Positions 1-13,422 of a stretch of 64,000 bases of DNA are shown here, piece after piece. Origin of the DNA: Nageia nagi (taxonomy: Eukaryota; Plantae; Pinophyta); the NCBI GenBank assembly GCA_050084985.1, contig JBITNC010000001.1, positions 138,818,001-138,882,000 on the forward strand, given 5' to 3'. Made by a program: the position numbers and the translations under genes. The notes beneath the pieces were generated by a model that searched no databases, was not told where the DNA came from, and was given only the letters and a program-made list of their open reading frames with translations. Within the stretch, counting starts at the first letter, position 1. Every line of letters begins with the position of its first letter.

Positions 1-33
1 TATTGAAAGAAGGTTCATTTTTTGGTGTCTACA
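1..33 (-). mobile_element. Terminus of a Tat/Ogre-family LTR running off the left edge
   Basis: Reverse complement TGTAGACACCAAAAAATGAACCTTCTTTCAATA matches the LTR starts at 12592 (TGTAGACATACAAAAAAGATCCTTCTTTTGATA) and 32633 (TGTAAACACTAAAAAATAACCCTTCTTTAATA). Confidence 0.75.
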
Positions 34-1760
34 AATGGAATGATGGTATGTAGGTTGAAAGGGGTACACTTATAGTCCATTGCAAACATATCTTCATGAA
101 CATAACTATCATTTTTAACCCATTAGAACCATGTATCCTCACATCAAATGATCTTCATTACCAACCATTATAAGCATATAATCTCTCTATAAGATTGGCT
201 TATGTTGCAAACCATTGCAAGAAGATCATTATTAATAGAAGTAACCTATGTTACAACCCATTGTAAGCAAGCTGCAACATCTTAACACTTATTCATATCT
301 CTCCTAAAAAAATATATTACTATATATCCAAGGAAATGAATGTAAAAGAATATAAATTTTTTAATTTTCATACCAAAATATATCCATTCATCCAACCATA
401 AATGTGCACTAGATTTAACTAATAACATATGTCATAAGAGGTGTTTAAATATGAAAAAGAGAAATTTAAGTCCATCAAAATAAGGTAAACACTACATATT
501 TCTATGAATCATCACCCCCCAACTTAAACAGAGTGAATGTCTTCATGCACAATGAATATTCTTATGGTCAACTTATTTGCTAAAATCAATGGGTCTTGGA
601 TCTATCCTAACCCCATTCATATAATATACATTATGCATGGTTTTACTTATCCATCCTCTCTAATATCTACAATAGTAGGGCCTCCACCTAAATAAAATGA
701 GTTATATGGATCCAAAATTATGGCTTATGGTACTTAGCCTCAATTCATTCAAACTCTTCATCATATTGTAACTCTAATTTATATAATAAAAAATTCTTGA
801 TTTCTTTCATAAAGTTTGGTTATACAATAGACTCTCTTCTTCTCAAAACTAGGTTATAAACTAAAATATATCTATTAAACCAATAGTGTATTTTGAAACA
901 TATACATAGAACATAATATGCACTTTTTTAAGTACCTCCACCCTTATCTCTCAAATTGTTTCCCTACACTTATGACCATTAGCCTACTTGTTAAGTTCTT
1001 GTATGATCAGATCAAGATGTGTGTACTCTCCTCTCAATATTAAAGCCTCTTTCCTTTGTTTCTCTTAATACACTATAGAATTCTATCAATAATGGATGAT
1101 ATCCTTAAATTGGAGGCAAAGGATCTTATTTGTATATCACTAACCCAAGGTTAAGGTTTATAATTGGTTTGTAGGGAAGAAAGTAGTTATGCAAGAAGAA
1201 TTCAAGCATGAAATCTTGTTGGGTGATAGAAATAGCATGGTTTGGAAAATTCTTTATGGTATTAATTTGGCATTTTTACCAATAAATTTTTTTAGAAATT
1301 TTAAAGAAGAAGAACTATTACTTTAGTATTAGGTTCTAAACAAGAGAAGGGAGTCTACATCTTGTAACTTGAGTGATTAACTATTCTATTTTTGTTATCT
1401 TTTCTATTGCATAACCCATTTCTTATTTTAAAAAGGCTCATATTATCTTTATTAGAGACATTCCATTCTTTAGTTTGACACAAATCATATTTAAATCTCT
1501 TCATATTATTTGAAAAGGATAAAAATTTATGTTGCATTTTACCAAATGTATGTTCCCTAAGAAAAATCAACCTAACAAACTCTGAGATAACATAAGTCAC
1601 TAGAACTACCCATACCTTGGTGTCAATGTGAGGTAGTACTTTCTTGATAACCTCAAAAACTCTTACCATTGGGTCAATAAATTCTTCATGCTTTATCATC
1701 ATTTTGTTTTATTTTAATTATTTATTTCTCTTTCTCCTTGGTAAAGTGAGTAGGCTTATT
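34..1760 (-). mobile_element. Degenerate LTR-retroelement remnant
   Basis: On - strand a PPT-like TTTAAGTTGGGGGG (528-515) is directly followed by TGATG at 514; weak gag-like peptide (ITQQDFMLEFFLHNYFLP) near 1240-1170. Confidence 0.35.
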
Positions 1761-1899
1761 GGTGGGCTTTCTTGAATACACTCCAAATTTAAAAGTGTAT
1801 AATATCAATTCCTATATTATTGTTTTACCACATTAAAATTAGACTTAATCCATGTTGGAATGCATTTATACATCTTCTTCTTACAATTCTACATTATCC

Positions 1900-2900
1900 A
1901 CTTGCATTTTCTCATAGGCTTGCAAAAAATCTTTGAAGGTTGCATAGGGTGCCTTTATTTCAACCAATTTCACTAGAGCTTAGTTTAGTTCATATTTTAG
2001 GGATGATATTTTATCCATCATATTTTCATTACATTCATGAAAAATATTAAATTTTTATTTGACTAGGGATTCTCCTTCATAGATAAGATGAGGAAAAATG
2101 TGTAATTCTCTTCTTCATTTCTTATGCAACATCTCAAACAATTATCACTTAGAAAGTACCACATTTTTTACTAACCCAAGAGACATAGATATAAAAGTAT
2201 TACTCCTTAAAATTTTATCATATATTACCTCAATAACACTTGTATTAAAAGTCTACTATTATCCTATACAAAATTTATGCCAAAAATAATTCATTGGTGT
2301 TAGTAGCCTATCTTGGGTATCCATGATTATGAGTTTTACTAACCCTTGATGGGTTAGTGAGTTGAATTTTAAGTCAATTTAATACTTGTTAACAATATAT
2401 TCAAGGGATTTTCCTAATAATAATGGGATATTCAATTGATATTATAGTCTATAGCAGTGTCAAAGGTGTGCTTGTAGCTTGAGATGGATACAAATAGTAA
2501 TGCTAAAATATCACTCACATGTATGCATACCTTTAAGAATTAGGTTACATTAGACCATGGTGGTGGAATATTGACAATATATATCCCAATTAGAGGGTTT
2601 ACCATTATCTCTTAATCTTTATGGAATAAAATCTCCATTATTATTTCCAATTTCATCATGTTACTGAATTACTATATTACTATTATCCTATCTCTAGAAT
2701 ACTAGTTACCCTAGAGACTTCATTAGCATTTACCAAAATATTGACCCATTTAATATAAATGATACCCTTTTTTAAATCCTTGAAAAATCCATTATTAATC
2801 TCTTGATTATGCTAACATTATTTCTTAGAGTACCCTAGTCATTTCTCATAACTAAAGATGTGTATTACTATCTAATTTACAAGAAACTTAACTACAAATA
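1900..2900 (-). mobile_element. L1-type LINE ORF2 3' fragment (zf-RVT region), decayed
   Basis: Minus-strand motifs NGSIFW (~2745), QDRLLT (~2315) and CLRCCIRNEEE (~2140-2105) occur in the order seen at plant L1 ORF2 C-termini. Confidence 0.4.
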
Positions 2901-3174
2901 CTTGTTCATAATGGTTGATACAAGCTATCAATAGTAGGATAGGATTCATTACTCTTACATAGTTTTTAGAGTATATGTATTTTATGGCATACCAAAAACT
3001 CATATAAGATGAGTTGAAATATGAGAACATGCAAGGTGCGATATTATGATTTTTTATAATGCAAGATAGTACATAAATATTACCTCACAATTAGTTGAAG
3101 TTGGTGTAGCATGTTGCTATTGTGTAGGGTATATGGATCCCTTCCATTCATATAAAATTAATCTTATTAGATAA

Positions 3175-4110
3175 GTAGTTCTTTATTGTCAACCTCCACA
3201 TCCCACAACATAGGTATTGTATTTAGAATATACCTCACTTCCTTCATCTCACTTGGTGATTTCTTCAAATGTTCTATAGATGTCCTATTTTTTATGGGTA
3301 TGGTTTATCTCCTACAACAAAAGTGTGTACCATTTTATCAACATTAATCAAACTACATCTTTGTGTCTTCTTAATTACTCTATATTTCATTAATGTAAAT
3401 ACTCTTTTATCAGCATCCTAACTAACCAATTCAACATAAATATTTGGAGGAAGAACATAAGATGAAGCAATTATCGGCCCCAATAAAAAAATGATTATTG
3501 CCACCAATATATTCCTACATTCTTATATGATCTAAGAGAACCAAGAATAAATATCCATACATTTGATTTATGTTTTATGGGCATATTCATAATGAAGTTC
3601 AAATTTTCCTCAAGATATAGTTTGTACGATCATGAATGTCAATAATGCATGTATAATTATCCATCCTAGGAATAATGTGATAAAATTCTCTCACTCTATT
3701 AAAGTGTTTATTACCCTCATCCACTAAAATTTCATGTCTACATGCAAGTAGAAAACATACAAAGGATATTTTTTTAGGGTTGGTTCCTTGGTGCTTCATC
3801 AAATCAAGTATTTTGAGGGAATCCTTATTGTATCCATTAATTGGTTATCCTTCAATCATTGCATTACATGAAATTGTATCTGCATCATGCATCCTATCAA
3901 ATAAGATCATGGTAGTAAATGAATTTAGTAGAAAATGTTTTGCTCTACATACACAACAAAATTCTTTATTTAATCATTAATAATCACTACATGAATAGTT
4001 TCTATCCTTAAAGTGGTGAAAATGGTTGTCATCCTTTGTAATATATCCTACTACTTTCATAACTTGAGGAAATATTTCCAACTCACCATAACATTTCTAT
4101 ATTTTTGGAT
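3175..4110 (-). pseudogene. PLS-class PPR pseudogene 1 (P2-L2-S2-E1-E2-E+, start of DYW region)
   Basis: LFDRMHDADTISCNAMI..LMKHQGTNPKKISFVCFLLACRHEILVDEG..YTCIID..NMPIK..VWIFILGSLR..SYVLPPNIY..IKKTQRCSLINVDKMVHTFVVGDKPYP..WDVEVDNKELL; includes ORF 3599-3802. Confidence 0.9.
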
Positions 4111-4604
4111 GAGATTTGTATACTACAAAAAAAATGTATATTTTATCATTTTTCATATATTTTTTATTTGATTCAACAACAAATTTTACTAAATCTAGGT
4201 TTTTATGAATTCTGGAAGCATAAATAAAATGAGTCGATAATTACTAATGACAAAGTTTCATGAATGAAAATATAAATAAGATTGGAAAACAATGAGGTAA
4301 TAAAATGTATCAACTTGTTAGAGACCAATGTGATCACAATGCAAGTTTAGTTTATATTTATGATCACATCATTCCTTTTTAATCTCCTTGCACTTTCTTG
4401 GTTAGTATTATTCATTACTTGAAAGACATTCCAAAAGTTGGAGTTCTTGTATGCATACAATAGTAAGATAATTTATAAGGTATATTTCATTTCTTTTACC
4501 TCTTTCTATTATTTGAAATTTTTTCTTATTATAATTTATAAGGTGAAGAGGTAATATTGATCTTATTATACTATAACTTTTACTAAGTCATAACTTTTAT
4601 AAAT

Positions 4605-5130
4605 TTTAGAGGCACCATGACAATAAGTCCACACTACAAAATTCATGTTTGATTGGCATGTTATTTATAGTGTAATTTTCTTCATCGAGACACCTAACAC
4701 ATGCCAAGGTTAAACCATACATGTATAGTTTCATTATGGGTGTAATGTGATAATAATAATTCATGAATTTGAAGTATTTATATCTCTCATTCACTAGATC
4801 TACATGGATAAATGTAGATAATACATTCTTAGTGCCCACATATTCAATTTATCCAAATAGTTTAATGTCTCCTTACTACAACCATTCCTTGTATATATTG
4901 TAATCATTGTATTCCATAATTTATGTATTATGCATATGGTTAAATAATGCACTTAGCTTCTTATTCCTATCATATTTTGAATACATGTTGACTAGGTCTT
5001 CTATCACAAGTGAAATAAACCCATATCTATTTATTTATCTATGTGAATACATGCCCTATTTTAAAGTTACATATACATGAAAAATACTTACAAAGGTTAT
5101 TGAATCCATTTTGAAACTAACCAATTATAG
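4605..5130 (-). pseudogene. PLS-class PPR fragment 2 (to E1)
   Basis: WNTMITIYTRNGCSKETL, then ORF 4606-4839 VLSTFIHVDLVNERYKYF..HITPIMKLY..CLDEE..INNMPIK. Confidence 0.8.
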
Positions 5131-6099
5131 TTTTATGTATTAGAACCTTATTTTGTAGTTTCACCATAGTTTTAGATGTTGAAAATAAGGAATTTCTTTG
5201 CCATGATCCTTTTCTTATGATTGTTACCTACTTAATAGGTTTTCGTTTATTGTAAGTCATATATATTGTAAGCAATTGGTTTACTTATAATCTTTTTTGC
5301 AAAAGGTTAGAAAGTAGTATAATAGAGATGTGCATTTGAGTTGTGAGCTTCACAAAATAAGTTTGATTTTTAAACCTTATCATAATACATAAGGTTTATT
5401 GTAAGATTGTGTTATAAATTTATTATTTTTACTCATGAAGATGATAATTATTTTATTTTGATTGACTTTTATGGTTTTTAGGTTTTGGTGTGCCACAAGA
5501 AAATGGATATCAAGTATCAAGAGGTATTAGATTGGATTAGATTTTGTTATTTGAATATGAGAAATTTCTCTATTGAAATGTGGATGAGCCAATGTGTTTT
5601 TAATCCATAAATATTATTTGGTTTAAATATTTTATTATAGATATACACTTGAAATTCTAGAATGATGAAATTATTTACTTGTAAGTAGTTTCCTTTTTCA
5701 AATCCCAAGTATATAGTTTTCTTATGTCATGGTAATTATGGATCACTATTTCAGGATCCTTTTATCCTTTTCATTCAAGTGGAGGACCAATATGCTCACA
5801 TTTATTGAAAATGCTTATAGTGTGTAGCACAAAATGTAGAGTATTCATGAGAGGTAACAAAATCTTCCCTACATAATATATTGTTTTAAAAATTAGATAT
5901 GCATTTTATGTTTCTAATATTATTTGCATGGTAAAATATATAATATGGATTACCTAATATGTATATAGAGTGTTTGGAATAGAATACGAAGGAAATAGAA
6001 AATCTAAAGGAGACATGTGTTGCATAAAGAAATTCATAAGAATTATTAATGGCTATAATAAATTCTGTAAAATATTTTTAATAAATAATTGAATGAAAG

Positions 6100-6680
6100 C
6101 ACCAATGAAGAACACATTTGCATCATATCTTTCCTATTCATAGTTATTATGAATACATAAACAAACTATTATAAGAAGAGATCAATACAAAACCAAACTA
6201 AAATATATATGTGGAGAATCCTTGGGCATTGTAGTTGTGTCATGACTTCAAATTATGGAATCTAACTCTTGGAATGGGGATATACTTAATTATTCATCCC
6301 AATAATTTCATATTCTAAATTATTACATTCTACATGAACCAAGAAACAAATCCACATTGGAGAATTAGGTAATTTTATGGGCATGTTAGGAGTTAGTTTA
6401 GTATATTCATTGCATATCCTACAATTATTGCATTCCATGAAATTAGTTTTTCTATTAAGGATCTTGTTAAGTAAAATATTTTCCTTCTTAACTAATTTAC
6501 CATTTTGAATACATGCATATCAATGTTGTTATCAAAATTGCATGCAAAAGAAATCCACATTTAATTATTTTTTAGTGACTATGTATGCCCCATTTTAAAG
6601 TTGCAAGAGTTGCACTCATGAAGAATACTTATAAAGGATATAGAATCTAGTCTAAAACCAATCAATTAAATTTCTTAAAC
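6100..6680 (-). pseudogene. PLS-class PPR fragment 3 (internally deleted)
   Basis: LIGFRLDSISFISIL (L motif), MYSK, LISWNAIIVGYAMN joined by a deletion to NMPIK..FLGSCR (E1). Confidence 0.7.
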
Positions 6681-7319
6681 TTAATTTATATCCTCCAAAT
6701 CATACCCATTTTTTGTTACATTTGGATAATATTTTATACTCTCTAATAATACAACAATAAAAGGTTAAATATTATTATAGGTGAATAATTAGTCTAAGTA
6801 AGAAATAAAAAATGCAACTTAGAATCTATGTAGAAGTAGCCTTTTAGTTGGTTATAACTTATTTTATCTTTCATTGCATTAAGAAAACTCTATTTCATAT
6901 TCACCAATGATGAGAGTTTTTACAAGGATTATCCTTATTGATTGGATCCAAATTTAAGATACAAATTCTACTAACTCCAAGTTATTTTGAACTCTACAGG
7001 CATCGAGAAAGCAATTCCACACTACATAATTTGGTAATTTCATTGATGTTATTTGTAAGATCTTTTGTTTCATCTATATGCTCAAACAAGGAAAAGAAGG
7101 TCAATCATATATGTATTTTATTTCATTATGGGTGCAAGCTTTAGAAAATAAGTGTAAGTTATGGAAGTTATCACAATTGCATCAAGTTTTATTGTCATGA
7201 TATTTGTAAGTCTTTTTGCTTCATCTAGATTCCCAATATCACCAACAAGGTCATACATATATATAGAATTACATTTTTTATACATATCTATGAGGGTTTT
7301 TATAACAATATATTACATG

Positions 7320-7540
7320 TAAAATAAATCCACATCTAGTTATTTTTGGATGACCCATTTTAAGGTTGCAAGAGTTGTATATATAGGAAGAATACTTGTA
7401 AATTTTATTGAATATGGTTTGAAATCAATTAATTGCATTTTATAAAAATAGTTGAGGGCCTCCAAATAATACACATTCCATACATTTCCTATAATCATTA
7501 TAGTTCATTATCAAGGAAATTATACAATGCTTTAGTTACC
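7320..7540 (-). pseudogene. PLS-class PPR fragment 4 (P-L motifs)
   Basis: IMIIGNVWNVYYLEALNYFYKMQLIDFKPYSIKFTSILP..LATLK..ITRCGF; DNA is similar to 5017-5130 and 6551-6672. Confidence 0.7.
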
Positions 7541-8189
7541 ACAAAGAATACATTAGCATTTCCATCAGAAGCATTCATTCTTCTTTTGTTTAAAACTTTT
7601 CCATATTTTTCTAATAATTTTTAAGCAAAGATATGAGAATGTAATATTAATATAAGTAACTTTTAGTTATTTTCATTAAATATTTTTTCATCAATGTGAT
7701 GCATAATTATTGAATATCTTCATAATGTTATTATTAATTATTTTTTAATTTTTATTTATGTGTAATTTTTGTAAATGTATAGGGTGGTAAGTATATTTTT
7801 CTAAGTATGATCCCATGGTATCTACAAATGGATATTTCCCCTTTCTTTTGTTGCAATGCAAGAGGATGGAGAATGATCACATGAACTACACAATATTTTC
7901 TCCTCATCACTATCTTCATAATTCAAAAGATTCACCTACCAAAACCTAATGAATCATAATTATCAAGCACAAAACCAAACACAATTGACACAAAATATAA
8001 TTCTTGCATATACCATATTGAAATTAATAGAGAATTCTCACTCTCACTTCAAAAAATATTCATATAGTCCTCTCTAAGATCTTCTTAGTATTGAAGGTGC
8101 ATTCATTCAATATATCCACCTACTATAATCTTTCTTGTGGGCCTCATTTCTAAGCACCTTCCAATCTTGCACTAAATTGTAGTTAACCC

Positions 8190-8486
8190 TTGCTTTTGTT
8201 TGTGAATGCCCTAAGGAAAAGAGGTAATATTGTTGTTCATTGGTGATGGAATAAATGATTATCCTGCATGTAATGAGGTATGATTACTTATTGAATAGTG
8301 ATTTTATTTATATTGCAAATAAAGATTATGATGGTAAGAATACTACTAGTGTTATCATGATAAATTCATGAAATTGCATGTTTTTGTTATCTAAGAAGAT
8401 AAAGAGTTCTCAATGGGTGCATTTTGATTGTGATGAAAAGCTACAATATCATTATTCTTGTTGAAAATTTTGCAGCTATTATGAAG
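8190..8486 (+). pseudogene. ACA: Best-preserved ATPase exons (hinge GDGxND exon and following exon)
   Basis: LLLFVNALRKRGNIVV/GDGINDYPACNE then GT; ~115-bp intron; DKEFSMG..KSYNIIILVENFAAIMK then GT. Compare plant ACA [29 protein letters not shown] / ADIGLAMG..ESSDIIILDDNFASVVK. Confidence 0.85.
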
Positions 8487-9239
8487 GTTTGTTTATTATT
8501 ATTATATATTAGATAATTAAATTTAAGTTCATCTTACCTAACAAATTTTAATGTGTTTCGTAAGATTAATCATTACCAATGTATATTTTTAAAATCTACC
8601 AATAATTAACATAATTATATATATATATATATATAATTTACAACTTCAATGATTTTGAAGGGTGGTTTTGTGCCTACATGGAGGTTTTTCATCACATACA
8701 AGGGTATTTTTATGTATCATAAAATCATATTAAAAATATGGTTTTGTAAAGTGATTTATAATCATTATATATTTTTCAAACTTTTTGATGATGTTTTCAT
8801 GTACAACGTAAGAGAAAAACCACCATTAAAAGCCTATAACAATAATTTACAATGATTTTGGAATAAATATCACCAATGAAGGAGGTGGAAGTAGTGCTTT
8901 AGACATTCAATGTGGGTGTCATCACATTTTATTTATCTATCAAATCCCTTAGAATAAGATGATAAGTTATTATTTAGAGGTTTTAAAAAACACAAACATA
9001 TTGTGCTAAATCTAAATTTATATATTTATTTAGTGATTTATTTTCATTATGTATGTAAGAGTGATTGTGGTCAATTGACCTTGTGAATTTTTCTTTTGTA
9101 ATATGTATGCAATTTTATACTTTTTTTTTTATGAGAAATGATCATTCAAATACTTCATAATTTTTATATATTTACTTTTGAAAAAACTTTTATAGGTCCT
9201 ATAAAACTAGTGGGTTTAAAAGGATGTTAAAAGACTCAT

Positions 9240-10140
9240 ATCTTTCAACATATATAATTATATTTGCATCATTGATAAACATAAATGCTTCTTCAACTAA
9301 ACCTACTTCTATATTTTCTTAAATACTTATACTATCAACCATTCTCCTAAGTGTAGATATGCATTTCTCTATTTTGAATTAGACACCTTTATTCTTTAGG
9401 CCTGAAAAAATCAAAGTGAGTTGCCAACATATTAACATATAGATTGGTTGACACATACCTTTTCATAAAATTTCAATAACATAATTAATGGGTGGAAATA
9501 TTGTTCATTTTTATCATTATGAAAATCAATATAAAAATAAAGCATCATCTATAGCAATTCCTCCTCTACATTTGCATTTATGCAGATACAAGTAAAGAGT
9601 AGTCTATGTAACAAGTTAAAGTAGAAGGATCTACTACAGTGAGTTGAACCATATCTTTGACTATTCAAAAACATATTTCTTTATGATAAAAAAAAAGAAT
9701 AAAAATATTGAATTCATGTCCAAATTAGATATTGTATAATGCTTTTTATGTTTGAGTAAAAAATCTAATGTACATTTTCTTAGAAATAACCATATTCTCA
9801 CCCAAACTAAAATCTATAAACATCCTTATGAAAATTTAGTTTCATAATGAAGTACTTTGGCATTAACTCTATATAAGTATATCTACAAGTTCATCCTATA
9901 CCACCAATTTTCCTTCCATCAAAAGTAAATTGAAGCTTGAGTAATGTACTTTTAGGTTGTCCTTCAAAATATGCACTTAAGACCTTGTTTGTTAAGGATC
10001 TACCTTGTTGGTTTGCACCATTTGATTATCAAGCATCTCTTACCTTGTAATCTTTCAATAAATAATATTTTTCAATGGTATAGGTTTCCATGATTCAAAA
10101 CTAATTGCTATTATTGTAGTTGCACTCTCAATCATTGACT
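9240..10140 (-). pseudogene. PLS-class PPR fragment 5 (very decayed)
   Basis: SW, NQMVQ..VLSAY..GRKI, IDDA, SGLKNKG, MVD..GLVEEAFMFIN in PPR order, across several frameshifts. Confidence 0.5.
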
Positions 10141-10804
10141 GTTAATGTTCAAAATTAATTTAAAATATCATTACAATGAATTATTTTCACTCTATTGAAT
10201 AAATAAATAATTTATAAGAGTATAATCATTGAGGAATCATATTATTAATTCTAAGGGAAATATATGAAATTATACCATTTTAATTTAGTATAATATAAAA
10301 AATGTTCTTATTTTTTAAAAAATGTAAAAACTTTCTTTGTCATCCTATTTTTTAGAAATATCAAAAATATAGCTGTACCATAAATTGAAGATGATCTTTG
10401 TCCATAATTTTATTAAATGGGATGCAGGTATGGGCACCAATCAAGAGGAATATTTTGTTTCATCTGCATAAATGGGGAAAAAATCTGATATGAAAGCAAA
10501 CATAGACTACATTGAAAAAGTGGAGCAATCTTGATGATGAACCTCACAACCATGTAAGTTAAGAATTTAATAGGGGTAATAATATGATGTATTGTAATCA
10601 TATTCATCATTGCATTTGTGGGTAGATTTTATTCCTATTTTTGTATATGGAATAATATATTCCTTTGGATGTGTACCTAAATGCACTTTCTCAACAATGT
10701 CAATAGTGAAGCAAGTGATGAACAAAGCATATGATGAACAAAAAGTATTTATTCACCTTTTATCCAAAGTGTTTTTGATATTTTTATAAAAAAAATGATT
10801 AAAA

Positions 10805-11429
10805 TGTTAAAAATTGATCTAAATCAAATACCATTCAAGTTGAAGATCAAACTAATTAAAGATCAACTAGACTTACAAAATAGATCAATCAATTTTGATA
10901 AGATAATATTTTGTAGATATGTATAATTGAGTTGATTCTTTTTACATTAGATAGTATCAAAAATGTATTTCTAATGAGTATACACATACATACCTTTGTT
11001 GAAGGTTTGATAATCATATTAGATGATTTCTGACAAGCTATTCAATGTACTACTTTTTAATCTAGATGCACCATATTTCAGTCCAAACATGATCATATTT
11101 TAGTATACCATAAATGCCACAATGTTTCATCCTAGATGAGTTGTCTTTCCATATTATATCAAATGCATCTTTATACATAGCCTATAGCTCTATTTTTAGC
11201 ATGTGCAAAATGTTATTCTTTGGCTTCTATTTTAGGATTAAATGTTCTTATTTTGAGTGTTTATTTTGCCTACTTAGTATCAAGCATGTTATGAATTATT
11301 AAAACTTCTAGTTTGGTTTATAGATTGAATTATAACAAGTTGTGAGCATAATACTTGAGTTATATTTAGAATAATATATTTATGGATTCTTCCATAAATT
11401 AAATTAGAGTAATAAAATTAGAGTACTCA
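10805..11429 (+). repeat. 5' LTR of Copia derivative
   Basis: TGTT...CA, followed by PBS; aligns by eye with 33880-34541 (roughly 70-75%). Confidence 0.75.
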
Positions 11430-12591
11430 TTATTGTATCAGAGATTAGTTAACAGATCTAGCGAGTTAGAGTTAAGGTTGTGGGTATTCGCAAGAATTTC
11501 AATAAACTCTCCCAAGTGTATGAAAAGAGGCCCAAAGTTTTATTGAATTGTTGAGAGTGTAACATTTATGAACAAAAACACTCTACCCAAAAACTTTTTT
11601 GTAAGTGTGAATGAGTTGTATCTAGTTGACAATCCATCAAAATGGAATATTGTTGGATGGCCACTATGTTTGAGGATATAGAGGTCCCAAAATTTGATGG
11701 TGAGGATTATGCTTATTGAATCATACATGAATGAAGACTTTTAGAATGAAAAAATGATATTTAAATTATCATATAAGGTAGCTATGAAGAACACCTCACA
11801 TGGAGCATACTTGGAAAAGAAGAGAAGACGTTAAAAAGAGAGGAGCAATATCAAAACTACTTGGATCTCATGGAGTTGAGGAGATATATGAAAGAGAATA
11901 TTTAAATTCTTATTGATAGTTGTAGGAAATATGCACATGCATAGGTAATACTACAAGAAGAAACTCTTGTGAGCTAGTTTGTGATAATCTCTAAGATTGT
12001 ATGATTGGGGAACTAGATCCTTGTTACCTTGAAGATCCATTTAGAGATCCCTAAAGAGACTCTTATGATGATTCTTGTGAGACTTGTATGGTTTTTATTA
12101 TGGAATACATATCTTATGAAAGTATACATTGTAATGGAGAATCCTTTTTTAAGAGAAGGATGTGAAGAAATGAATGTGAGGCCTTGTGCAACTCTCATAG
12201 AAAAGAGTCATGTGGATAAACTTCTTCTTGTAGAGAAGAGAGGATAAGGTGAAGTTTGTTGTGAAGCCCTCATTGTTTGGGTCATATATTATGATGAAGG
12301 AATGAATGATGAATTCTTTCTTGAAGAGAAAGAATCTATTAAAAATAAAAATTGTATTGATAAACATATTGTCGGAATGACATGCTTAGAAAGCATTCAT
12401 ATTTCCCATAAGGAGAATAAATCTCTCATTGAGGAGACACACATTCACCTTATAAAGGAGTAAATAATATGTCAACCCTTCCTTGAAGAGTGAAAGCCTT
12501 AGAAGAATATTGGCTTCCCAAGTTGAATACCACAAAGATAAGGTGGCTCAAGAATGTCTCATGGAGGGGACATACATATTAATATTGGAAG

Positions 12592-13422
12592 TGTAGACAT
12601 ACAAAAAAGATCCTTCTTTTGATAGATGAAATAAAGATAAAAATATTAAAGTAAATATTAAAAGTCTTTTATAGTCTACCAAACATTGGCATTTGAATCT
12701 AATTATTAATGACTCAATCTAAACATTGACATCTAATACCTAACATTGGTGACTTTTTGATTGGTAAAAGAAAAATAAAGTTGGAAACTCCTAAGGCATC
12801 TTGGAAAGAAAGAAAATGATAATGAATGACTCATTATCCATCCAATGCATCCCCACTTTAGATCACATCCATGACAAAATTGGATAAGTTTTTCTTAGTT
12901 AGAATTTTATAACAAAATTATAAACTTTGCCTATTTTCAAAATCTATAAATAAAGCCTTCTACCATAGGCAAAGGGACCCAATTTGAATGCAAAGTTACT
13001 CTATTAAAACATATCTAGGTTTTAATGAGTTATATGCATTATTATTTTATATTTTATATGCTTATTTATGCTAATTTCATGATATGAATAGATATGTTTG
13101 ATATAGTTTTTGTTTACATGTGTGTAGGGTCCATAGGTGTAGAGTAGCTAAACTAATCAAATAAATTATTAAGGATCTAAAGAGAATAGAGCTATGTAGA
13201 TTCTTTTGTAGATTTTAGAAGATAATTTTTTAAGCTTTCAAACATTGAAAATAGGCCTACAAAGGCCTAAATATTCTATTGTAAAAAGCCCTTTTGCAAG
13301 GCAATGAATTGAAATAGATTCATCATTTGTTTCATTTGAGGTATACTTAAGAGAAATAAATAAAAATATTGGTTGTAACATGTCTTGTCTTGTTTCCAAG
13401 ATGGTTTCTTTTTAGTATGACA
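12592..13422 (+). repeat. 5' LTR of Tat/Ogre element
   Basis: Aligns end to end with 32633-33483 (roughly 75-80% by eye). Confidence 0.9.

Larger units (their letters stand above)
2990..10680 (+). pseudogene. ACA: Unprocessed, heavily decayed P2B-type (autoinhibited) Ca2+-ATPase pseudogene
   Basis: Motifs in the correct order: I*E(A)CK|DST*I (~3020-3080), LVRD..IYD (~4315-4365), IPKVGVLV ~IPADGVL (4428), HDPFLM (5202), IEKAI ~TEKAI (7002), RMIT..NIF ~RMVTGDN (7870), GDGINDYPACNE|gt (8242-8277), KSYNIIILVENFAAIMK|gt (to 8486), weak RW..IQ (~8885) and IFIIAFVGRF ~TM9 (~10600). Many stops and deletions; outer limits uncertain. Confidence 0.7.

Noticed and set aside
1355-1702. 115-aa ORF as a host gene
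   Set aside because: No recognisable domain; it sits within retroelement debris.
8649-8855. Possible sense-strand PPR fragment
   Set aside because: Only a faint resemblance (KLFDD); too weak to call.
9870-10050. SUMO/Rad60-like peptide (KVLSAY..LQFTFDGRKI) on the - strand
   Set aside because: Flanking SW, QMVQ and later MVD..EEA motifs fit a decayed PPR L repeat better.
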